64,000 nucleotides of DNA from the NCBI RefSeq assembly GCF_037042905.1, contig NC_087261.1:13640001-13704000 (forward strand), given 5' to 3'. Below, in pieces: positions 40,746 through 52,900 of the stretch. The stretch comes from Lytechinus pictus. Its lineage: Eukaryota. The notes below the pieces were generated by a model. The model had not been told where the DNA came from, did not search any database, and saw only the letters and a list, made by a program, of their open reading frames with translations. Positions within the stretch are counted from its first letter, which is position 1. Each line of letters starts with the position of its first letter. A program made the translations under genes and the position numbers.

Positions 40746-41441
40746 CTGATTGTTCCTGGAAACATAAGTGAAAAGTTGTACCCTGTAATATATATACATG
40801 TATATGTTTTTTCATTATATTAATTAATAAGATGCCAAAGCTTTATGTTAAAATGGTTGATTATTTTATCTGTCATGTTTCCCACAGACAACTTGGCCAA
40901 TGTGAGCATTTAACTTGACCTTTCTCTTCATTATGTCTTTGGTTATATGATATAAAAAATGAATAGATGGATGGATAGGTAGATGTTGAAGACTTTCGAG
41001 GGGTTGGGTGTGATTTTATTCATGGAGCTGGTTGTCATGGCGGATGATTTTTCGGGTGACAATTGTCCTTTGGGGTCGTCTTCGGGGGAAGGGGGGGGGG
41101 GTCAAAACAGTCCATCCAAAATAATAACTTTCTAATCGTATTTGCCGATATAAACACATCTCCCTTTGTGGAGGAGAATCCAGCTTTCGCAAATAACGAT
41201 CGCTCGCTAAAGCCGATTTTTTTTTCCGGCTTTTGGAGGGATAGCCCCAAGTATATTTTGAACTGCATATTTAAGTTTATCCTCACGAAAACAAGATCAA
41301 GTATCTCTAAGGACTGAATATAATAAATGCGAGCGCAATTAAAGCGCAGGATTAAACTTTTGGACATTACATGTATTTAGACTAGCGAATTTGGTGCGTA
41401 TATATTCTAAAAGTATTAATGCGCGAGCTGTAATTATTAAT

Positions 41442-42100
41442 ACAGTGCGTCCCACAAAAAACGAAACCGAGATTTATCGATGATTTATCATAACTTAATC
41501 ACAAATACAATAGACAAATGACATATCATTGTAAAGCTTATAATTTCTATTACTTAGATTATTTCTCATTCACGCATGAGTGAGCAAAAACAATTTGAAG
41601 AGGGGATACCAAAAAGTCATTTGGCGGGCTGTACCTGGGTTTTAGAAAGAAAACCACATTTTTAAAAACTTTAATATCTGCTCTTTAATTTGATACCTCA
41701 ATTACAGAAAATGGTCAAGAAATAACATTTGAAATAAGGCTTGAATTTCAATAATTTCATAAAATGAAGAGGTTCTACAGGCTAGCGTTCAAACTCACTT
41801 TACACTCCGTTTTGTTGACGATCAGCCATGCATTAAGTCTTTTGTTAACCATGCTATAGCTTCTGTGGGAAACCGGTTAAAACACGTTTCTATACTTTAC
41901 CCGAGCTATTATGCATTCGAGCATGACGGCGTAATACTAACTTTCCTTTATCGTGGATATCGCAAAATAAATTATCACGAACCAAGACAGCATTCACAGT
42001 TCCCTTCCTTTCCTTTAGCACAAGGAATTGAAAACAAAGTGCAACGAAAGGTTAATATATATATTCCTCTTTACCCGAAAAATTAAAAGGCCGCAAAGAA
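41442..42100. mobile_element. Tc1/mariner-like non-autonomous element; related remnant at about 44340-44870
   Basis: TA|CAGTGCGTCCCA terminus; shared blocks tcacgcatgagt and aaatgaagagg between the two loci. Right end not identified. Confidence 0.5.
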
Positions 42101-42915
42101 AGTTCTTGCCTTTTTTGCTTTATCAAAAAAATGAATAAATAAATACATTTATCAAGAATCATTTGAAACTTTAATATTGCATTCTACACATCGAATACGA
42201 GCACGAAGAGTTACTAGAATTGGCATTAATATCAGAATAACTTTAGTAGAGGTGGTTTCATACGTCGCCATCGCCGTGAAGGAGAGAGATGAGACCGTGT
42301 ACGAGGCCCTTGATCGAGCAAATGGAGCGATTGACACATGATGGATATTCGAATGATGTGTCGCAAGAGAAAAAAAAATGTTAAAACGTATAGCTTATCT
42401 CTGAGAATCCGGAAGAGTACTTTCATTTTCTATCGGGTAAAATGAGAGATATAGATTTTTCAGGCTATATTATGTAAATAAATTGAACGAAATCGGAGAA
42501 AAATTGAGGGAGTACAAAATTTAACGGATTATCGGGGGCGCCGCCGAAATTTACAACTCGATCCTTTCCTCCTTTTCCGCGACCTGACATCTTGATATAT
42601 GAGAGCTAGTTGTGTATGATACTGAAGACTGGATGTTACGCTGAGCGAATCCAACTATTTACAGGGATTAACCCTTGTACTACTCCGAAAGGAAAGATGA
42701 GGTTGAGGAAAACTTGGTACACTTGGAAGATGAACTCGCCCACTTGGGATACGTGTTAGTGGGAGTAGAGTCAGAGTGAAGTCGGAGAAGGAAGAGGAGG
42801 AGGAAGAAGAGTTCGTGGAGGAGGGGTCATGGGCGGAGTCAGGAATGGAGTGGCTTGGAGTGTGGATTGGAGTCGGATGAGGAGTCATTTTAAATGGGAT
42901 CGAAGGAGCAATTAA

Positions 42916-43078
42916 TACCTCGGTTACATTTTGATCTACGGCGGTCGTACGGCGAGTCGATCACAGCAGTTTTAACATTATTTGTAATAGCCGCATATAG
43001 GTGGTTTGAATAGAAATGAATAAAACGGCTGTTTTCGACTCGCCGTACGGCCGCCGTAGAGCAAATGTGACTAAGGTA
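42916..43078. mobile_element. Palindromic MITE with TAA TSD
   Basis: TAA|tacctcggttacattt ... aaatgtgactaaggta|TAA; about 65-bp arms. Confidence 0.75.
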
Positions 43079-43924
43079 TAAGCAACCGGTTTTTATATTG
43101 CAATAAAATATTTTCTCTATATTAAGCATCTTTCATAATGAGTGAGCTCTAAAATAGCGCTCAATTTGTCGGAAAATGCTGATTGAAATAATAGTTATTA
43201 AATTGTATGTGTCTTTTTCACGATTCTTTTACATTATGTTGGCATATTACAAGGGCTTCCCGGCTATTTTTGCCCGCAACTTATTTGAAATTTGTAACAG
43301 AAATTGATAAAAAAAAACAATGCTTCTGTAGAGACAAAACTAGTAAATACTGATATTTCGCTTCTGCAGAGGCTAGTTAACATCGACACACCACATGGAA
43401 TATGAAACCCCTCCGTAGAATGCTTTGTCAGTTGATTGGAATGCTTATTGTATTCATTTAGCTTTTCAAATGTAAGGTGCTTGAGTTCGTATCCTCCCTA
43501 ACACATAGTCCGTGATTTTTCACTGCTGGAAATCGTGGCATATTAACTCAAAGGAAATCACTGACATGAAAAACGCTCACCTGACATGATGAATGCAAAG
43601 TCCCATACGCCCTAAGTCCTATTATGCATGGTATCACAATGAGAAAGCTGTAAGCAAGGGGATAAACTCAATGAAATCATTTGTGGTCCACGATGAAACC
43701 ATTCGTGGTAACCAACCATGGGTGGAGCATTATGAATACGGACTCTGTGGGACGACGGTAAGTTCGTATTTACCAACATGTTACAGGATTCAAACCGCCA
43801 TTCGCGGTTCGGAAAGATCTAGTTTAAAATTTTACTGGAGAAGGAGAGCAGACATCAACCCGTCCAAGCAAGGGAAGAGAAGGACGATATTTTGATTTGA
43901 GATAGTGCCAGCTAGCTAGCCAAC

Positions 43925-46900
43925 ATGAGGCGCAATCGATTGTTTTGTGGAACATCCATTTTGGTCATTGGAGTGATAGCTGTAAACTTACTATTCGTGT
44001 TACAACTGTTCAAAATACAAGGCAAGTATAAGGATGCATTTTCATGAAGTTCAAAGTTTCTTTACAAGTATCATTACACTTAACAAGTATTTATATTGGG
44101 AGGACGATTATTATTAAATGGTTTAATATGAAGGAAATTGAGAGTCCAAGTCGGTCCTTCTTCTAGAGCAGTACAACCACTGCAGTGTTGTCGTACTGTT
44201 GTCGTACAACATCAACAAGTACTGGGTTCTCTTTTAAAAGAAAAATCATTTCCGTTATTGTACAAAATCCATCTGCAAACAAGAGGAGCTGTAAGTTTGA
44301 TCTAGAATTACCTATAGTAGGGGTCGGTTTTTTTTTTCCAAACCGTGTACAGAAACGTTAAAAAAAAATTAAAAAAAATATGATTCCCCTTTCACGCATG
44401 AGTGGACTAAACCAATTTGAGGAAAGGATGCAAAAAGTCACAGTTGGTTAGCACAGCATCTGAGTTTTTATAAAAAATCACTAGTAAAAAAAAATTCAAT
44501 ATTTGATACCACAGCCACTGAAATAGTCAAAAAATAAAGTTATATTTATTTAAAATATTGCTTAATTTCCAATGATTTCACTAAATGAAGAGGTTTTACT
44601 GGCTAGCTGTCAACTCCCCGTTTTGTAAGCGATAGCTAGTACGTTGCAAAATCTGTGAAAATACGTTTGTTTGAAGAAATTATGGAAATAAAAAATATGT
44701 ATTATCCATTACTTCCTTACCATTTTCCTATGAATGAGGTATCAAAATAATGAGAGATCGGATATTGAGGTTTTAATGATGTGATTTTCCGTTTGAAATT
44801 CAGATACCGCCGGCCAAGTGATGTTTTGATATCCTTCAAATTTGTTTTTGCTCACTCATACGATAATGATCACTGCAAAATTATTTATGTTGATGTGTGT
44901 TAAGTCTTTACATCATAACAATTGTTACTTAATTGCTAGATTCTAATGTGAATCAATTTTTCTGTCAGTTTTCTGCACCATGCTACGCCCCGCCTCCTTA
45001 AAATCCACTAGATCATTCTTGTTTTCTGTTGTGATGTCACATTGGACAAAATAAACGTAACAATACACAATACCATGCACTGGCACAACTAGGTGCCATT
45101 GCAAACAATTGCATCACAAGCTTTCATACAATAACAATAAATAACAATCCCACGTTTTCACTATTAAAAGGTGCCATAGTGACTGCCATGTCAAAAATGT
45201 TTTTTTACGGTTGCGAAATGGTAGGCCTATTGTGTGAAGGCATCTAGTTGTGGCAGGGTTCATGGTATATTGGTATTGTACTTGTTATACTTATTTTCCC
45301 CAATGTGACATCACAAGATCAAAAGAATTGACCGAGTGGATTAAAATGAGGCGGGGCTTAGCATGGTGCATAAAATTGATAGAAAAAATGATTACACTTT
45401 ATTCTATGAAGCACATATTATAATCTAGCAAGTTAACGATTTTGTGACTTAAAGATGTACAGTACGCATCAGCTTTTTGCCTTTCCACGCCAGGGACACT
45501 TTATGTTATACCACATGAGAAAGGAGACTCAGTCTAAGCCTTATAAAGACATGCCATTTTTGAACTGTTTTTCAATAAAAAAAATAATTATGACCGATAA
45601 TTCTCAGGTTTGTTTTTCTGCGAGCGCACTGTATAGATTCAGCATAGGCGGCGGAAGCGGGGGGGGGGGGGGGGACGGGGGGACCTGTCCCCCCCCTAAA
45701 TTTGAGGTGGGGGGACGGTCCCCCCCCCCTAAATTTTTTGTTGATAACCTTTTTTTTTTTTTTTTTTTTGCTTGTCAAAAAATTTTGCGATCCCCTCCTA
45801 AAATTTAGGTTTAGGTTTTCCCTGTGTCCATCAAAAAATTTCAGGTGCCCCCCCCTAAATCTTTTGGCTTCCGCCGCCAATGAGATTCAGAATAGAATAG
45901 TTACACATACTCCTGGTCTTGATTACTGCTTGTATACACATCTGCAACACAATGCCACCCAGACTCTTTGTCTCGTAGGAGGAAGCACTAGAATCCAAAC
46001 ATTCACAGAATTGAAGAAAAAAATCGGTGCCAATTAGGTAATCAAATTCTAGGATGTCTACAAAACGAAGTCCTAAGACCCAAGACCCCATATATACTAC
46101 AAAAAACTACAAAACTAAGACACATGCAACCAACTACAAAACTAAGACCCTGTGTAATACTGTTGTTGTTGTTGTTATCTTGGGTTTTAAGGCGCGTATC
46201 ATTCAGATATGAATATTTACTCACAGGATGCAGCCTAGTCTGTACTACAGACCCAGTTATTGAGAAACACTTCAAACATACCACCTATATCCTATGTATT
46301 TGATTCAAAATTACAAAACTAAGACCCTGTGTAATGTTCATTTGTATACAGCTTAGTCTGCGTCCCAGACCTAGATATTTTGAAAAAGTTCAAACCTACC
46401 ATTATTCTTATCTCTATTTATTCTTTGGTACTTGCCGCATCCGTACCATATACTGAATTTTATTTTTATATATCTTGGGTATGTGCGTTTTAACAAGCCT
46501 TTTTATGGCTTTTTTTGTGCATGCCCAATTCCATTCATTATTTTATTCATAGATATTTTTATAATTATGTGCCAACCATAATTTCATCATTACCACTATT
46601 TGTTTCAGTTTTGTTCTGTTGATACCTTTGCTTTGTTTTATGCTATTTATATTTTCTTTGTGTATATATTATTTTGTTCTTATTTTGTTCTTTTTAATGA
46701 ATTTGTTAATAAATACTGTATTGAAAAAAAAATGAAATTGAATCCTTCATCCTAGTCTGAACTTTAGAAAAAACTAGATAAGACCACATAAAAAAGGACA
46801 TTGTTACTCAGAGATATATTCTTGGTCTGCTTTACATCCACGACAATAATAATATGGCTATAAAGCAAGTTTATTTTTATTATTCATTTAAATTTGTTTG

Positions 46901-49900
46901 TTACAAGGGAATCTATATCGGCCGAAAAGCAGAAATGCATAACACTTAACAAAATATTATATAAAAATACATTCAACATCCAATCAAAAAGCTCAATTCT
47001 CACAAATTCTCTACATCATAAGAAACAGCAAAACACCTAGATATTGTTGTTTATCATGGTGAGGGCGCATGTGTTGAATTATGACAAGCATCTCCATCAC
47101 GAATAACTCAAATTTAAAATACATGCGGCCGATTTTGAATAATCAGAAAATAGCAGGGAAGGAAGGAAAAATAAGACTAGGCTGCATGCCAATGTGTATT
47201 ACACAGGGTATTAGTTTTATAGTTTTGTATCAAGTACATAGGATATAGGTTGTAGATTTGATATGTTTCTCAATAACTGGGTCTGGAGTACAGACTAGGC
47301 TGCATCCTATGAGTATTACACGGGGTCTTAGTTTTGTAGTTCGTTGGGTCTTAGTTTTGTAGTTTTGTATTACGTACATAGGATATAGGTTGTAGATTTG
47401 AAGTGTTTCTCAGTAACTGAGTCTGGAGTACAGACTAGGCTGCATACAAATGAATATTACACATGGTCTTAGTTTTTTGTAGTTGGTTGGGTCTTAGTTT
47501 TGTAGTTTTTTTTTGTAGTATATATATGAGATCTTGGGTCTTATGTCTTAGGTCTTCGTTTTGTAGACACCCCAAATTCTATTGTAAAAAAAAGGGAGTA
47601 TGGTCAACGGAATTCGTATCAGAGTATAGTGTCACGCCTGTTACTTAGTTTTGAAGTCGCCCCACCAATGAAAATATATGGGGGGGGGGGCAAACATATC
47701 GTTTTGCCCCCCCCCCCAATAATTCCGCATATGCAAAAAATAAAATAAGATTGTAATGTTACACAGAAATCAGCAAGCGAGATTGAGATATACAACTCGT
47801 TCTTTATTTAAAATCGTGCTCAAAATGTCCGCTTTTCAGATCGAAATATAAAAATTTTCAGCTCGCGCTTTGCGCTCGCTAATTTCTGTAGCGAAAACCC
47901 ATAATTTTCATGATTAAATAGGTAAATAGAATGTCCCGTTTTCAGTTCTAAACCTCAAAAGAACTCCCGCTTCGATTTGCAATAATCATTTGTTGGATAT
48001 ATATCTTGTTCTTTATTAAAAACGTCCATAAAATTCAACTTTTTCAGATCGAAATATCAAAAATTTTAAGCTAGCGCTTCGCGCTCGCATCTATTGTTTT
48101 TTAGATACCCATCTTAATCATTGGTACCAAAAATGCTTAGAATATCAAGCTTTAAGTTCAGAATATAAAGAAATTTCAGCTCGCTCTCGGCACTCGCATT
48201 ATCTTGCATTTTGGATCCCATGCCTACATGGCTGGTTAAGAAGCATTTGTCTGTTTTACTCCCAGTACTTTCACGTATCCTGAATCTGTCAATGTCTACT
48301 GGTGTTTTCCCAGAGAGTCTTAGATCGTCCATTATAACACCGGTTTTCAAGAAGTCTACTCTGGACAAAGATAGTTTAGGTAGTTATAGACCTGTTTCTA
48401 ACATGCAATTTGTAGACAAAGTGATTGAAAAGGCTGTTTCCAAACAGGTATCTACTTTTGTTACACAAAATAATTTACTGGATCCAATGCAGTCTGCATA
48501 TCGTGAGGCACATAGCACTGAAACTGCATTGATTAGTCTACAGAATGATATGAATTGTGCAATTGACAATAAGCAAGCTGTTTTCTTATTAATGCTTGAC
48601 CTCTCATCTGCCTTTGATACGGTAGATCACAATATCCTTTTGCAAAGGTTGGCTAATGACTTTGGCCTAGGTAACAATGCTCTTTCCTGGTTCAAGTCGT
48701 ATCTTAGTAACAGGTCTAGTCGAGTACACATAAAAGGGTCACTTTCTAGTGAGAAACCATTGAAATATGGTATACCGCAAGGGTCAATTATCGGGCCTCA
48801 GTTGTTTACATAATACATCAGTAATATTGGGAACATCATCAGTCGGCACTCAATTCAGTATCATGTTTATGCCGATGACATTCAGATGTTCACCACTTTT
48901 GATCCTACCAAGCCTGGAGATGCAGCCTGCGCGTATTTTCGGATTTTAAAATGTTTATCTGACATTCAATCGTGGCTTGTTGATAATAAATTGAAATTAA
49001 ATTCTTGTAAAACAGAGTTCTTTGTTGCTGCATCTCCTGCACACCTTAATCGGTTCCTTGACCTTTCTTTTTTCTTTTAATGACATAGATATTCCATTAT
49101 CTTCAACCATTAAGGATTTAGGAGTTGTTTTTGATAGTGAAATGAAAATGACCGAACATGTAACATACCTGTGTCGCACTCTCAACTGGCAAATATATAA
49201 TCTCAATCGCATTAGAAGTTTCCTGGATAAGGACACGTGTCATAATGTTGTTAGGGCTCTTGTGCTCTCCAGGCTCGACTATGGTGGTTGCTTGCTTGGG
49301 GTATTAGTAAACAGGATCTTGGAAGACTTCAAGGCCTTCAAAACAAATGTGCACGATTAATCTGTCAAAAACCAAAATGGTGTCATGCTACCCCTCTTCT
49401 AAATGAACTACATTGGCTACCTGTTTCTGATAGAATACATTATCGAATACTTGTTCAAACCTATAAATCTCTGTCAACCATACTACCTTCTTACATTTCT
49501 TCGTTATTTCAGCAACAAAGATCTACATACTCTCTTCGTTCTGCAGCTGCTCCTTCCTATGTCATTCCAAAATCCAGAAAACAGGCCGGTTTCAACTCTT
49601 TTCAATCTCTTGCCCCCCCCCCCCGTCTTTGGAACAAACTCCCTCCATCTCTTCGAAACCTCTCTTCTCTTGACCTCTTCAAAAAACATCTCAAAACACA
49701 CTTATATAACCATAAACCTTAACTTGTCTTATATGCAATCAACAGCGCTTTGTATCCTCTGGAAAAAGCGCTATATAAATCCAATTATTATTATTATTAT
49801 TATTATCTGTGTATAGTGAGATATGTATCCTCCTCCTGAGTTACTACATACAGTCCTAAACAGGCACCTTTTTCCTGTTATCAGGTCAGTATACTAAAAA

Positions 49901-52900
49901 ATTTCAGCTCGCGCTCGCATTAATTTGTTGGTGAGATATGTGTCTCTATCTCATGAGTCATATATATATATATATGTATATGTAAATGTGTGTGTGTGAG
50001 TTTGTTTGTTTTGTGTGATCGGGCGCCTTTGATTTTGCCCCCCCCCCATCTGAAAAATGGATCGACGCCCCTGCCCAGGCCCTACGTCTGTATGCGATTG
50101 GGAAGGGGGTGACCCTTATAAAACCTACGTTTAAAGTATAATGTTAGCTTTAATTATTTCTACAAGACTAAAGTTTTTCTTCAATACTAGACCAATAATG
50201 CGAGCGGGAAGCGCGAGCTGAAATTTTTGAAAATTTGACCTGAAACTGGCCATTTTGAGGACTCTTATCGGTTTTTCATAATTATTTTCCTTTTATACAC
50301 TCTTTTGAATATAAATTCTCATTTCTTTCGTATGTTCTCCACTAATATTGCTTCATGAACTTGAATAAAGAAAACTAACACAAGTTAAGTGATATCCAAA
50401 AGGGTGGTAAAATAAACGGGGGACACCCTATATGTACTGCGGTGCTATTGGAGTTCATTTTCCTAAAAATAGAGGTCAACCAGATAGAACATCCATTTTA
50501 TTTTACTATTTTACACTCTTGAGCTGATATTTGTATTCTTTGCTATTGTTATTGCTGATCGTAATTATTTCTGCTCATGATTTAACTGATTTTTATCCAT
50601 TGTATAATTATGTCAATGACTTCAATGTAAAACAGACCATGTGGTTATTGTTTTTATCGTGTTTAGATATATTTCAATGAATAACAAGTGGAATGCCTCT
50701 GGCGGTCTCACCTGCATCACGCGATTCAATATAGCAGCAGTGCTGACTTTGAAAACTACTATAACTCGCACAAGATGTTCAGCGATACTTGGTTACTCTT
50801 ATGTCCACGTTTTATGAACTAGACCAATACACTTACAGAGATATGATGGTAATTCAACAAATACCCCCAACATGGCCAAAGTTAATTGACCTTACATGAA
50901 CTTTGACCTTGAACATGTGACCTAAAACTCGCACAGGATGTTCAGTGATACTTGATTACTCTTATATCCAAGTTTCATGAGTCAGATTCATAAACTTTCA
51001 ACGTCATGATGGTAATTCAACAGATACCCCCATTATGGCCAAAGTTCATTGACCTTTGACCTTGGTCATGTGACCTGAAATGTGCACAGGATGTTCAGTG
51101 CAGGATACTTGATTACTTTTATGTCCAAGTTTTATGAACTTTTATGAACCTTCGGTTAAGATTTGGTGTTGACGTCGCCGCCGTCGGAAAAGCGGCGCCT
51201 ATAGTCTCACTCTGCTATGCAGGTGAGACGAAAATAAATAAAGAAATAATAACACAGGCCACCCCACCTGAAATTTTGGTGATATACCCCCCCCCCCCCG
51301 TCCGGCCGGATCCTCCGGGATCGACACACATGCCCCATAGTATTTATACCTGTCAACTTCCACGCTGTAAAAACTTAGGTGTTAAAAGTGACACCAAGTG
51401 TTGTCCCTATATGGAGGGCTACGCACTGCGGTGTTAAAATTACACCCCATAGATTGGACATATAGCACCAAATTACATATAAGAGTATCAACCGAATGTG
51501 TTAATACCCTATTTTGTCATTATGTTGAACTAACTCCCCCCAAAATAGCACCGGAGTATATACTGGTGTGGCCCTTTTATGTAGACTTATATCATATAGG
51601 CCCTCATCAATAAACACCAGTGTTTGCTGTGTATGGTGTTCAAGGTAGAATTAGACGGTCCGTCATCAAAATCACAATTCATATAATCATGTGTTTATAG
51701 ATTCCAGGATGGATATGATGGAAGCGACATTCATCCGGGAAAGGAATGCGAGGGATGAAACTTCCATGACCCAGCAACGCCCCGGAAGTGATCCGACTGT
51801 CAGGCATTCTACTGTCAGGGACACTACTGTGAAGGACCCTGCTGTCGGGGGCCCCACTGTCAACAATAATGATCGAAATAATAATGTGACAATTCCGACA
51901 AATCATGATGATGAGGTAAGAAAATTTTTTTATGAAAGGTTGTGTCCCCAGGGGCCCATCTTACAAAGAGTTGCGATTGATCCAATCAATCACAACTATG
52001 GACGACCAGCAACGTCAACATCTAAAATACATGTTTGTTCAAAAAATTTTCTCAAAATGACGTAAATTACATTGACAATTTGGTGTGTTGGCCTTTGTTT
52101 ACAAAGTACATTTTTGATATTTTATGTAGAAAAAATTACACTGATGGATATCCATAGAGTTACGATTGATCGGATAAATCGTAACTCTTTGTAAGACGGG
52201 GCCCTGTTTTTATTGTACTTGAAAGCAAATTCCATGTTCAAGATGTTCTGAAATTCAACTTCGGTATTCTTCAGTAAATATAATGAACAAAATATACGAA
52301 CTAGCTATTTCAAACAGCAGACTCTTTTTCATTTCGGCCTACTCTATACAAAATTGTACTCTGAGTTTGAGTCATAATTTCTGTCGATTGACGAATTTCT
52401 TTTATTGGATATTTGCATTTGTCAAAATGTTATTCATTTTAATGAAAATACTCTTCAAATGATTCGTGTTGGAATTAGTTCAAACGATTTTCCCCCCCGA
52501 TGTTGATAAAAAAAAATAAAAGCATTTAAAAGCGGCGATGTTTTTTTGTGTCAGATATCACGTGATATACATTTTCTATACCTGAGGGAGAAACTTAAGC
52601 TTTTTTTAACAAATTCGTATTTCCCTTACAATATTCCTAGTATTTTACCACTTCTATCGAACGTTAGCACAATAATCGTGTAGTTTACAACTGAATCATG
52701 CAGATCAATATGTTCATAGTGTTTATGAACAGTGAAAATAGGAAAATTTAACTTTTTTTAGAATAGTTATCAAGGCCTCGAATTTTTCGGATTTTTTAAT
52801 AGAACGGGCGTCAATACTGAATGCTCAAGTAAGCCTGAAAAGTTTATTTTTTAGTACTATTCGATAACAAAAAGGAAGGTGGAAGGCTCAATGGACCTTA

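Noticed and set aside
40154-40799. 203-aa His/Thr/Pro-rich minus-strand ORF
   Set aside because: Translation of a TG-rich simple repeat.
42655-42888. Minus-strand Pro/Ser-rich ORF
   Set aside because: Arises from a GA-rich low-complexity tract; no homology recognised.
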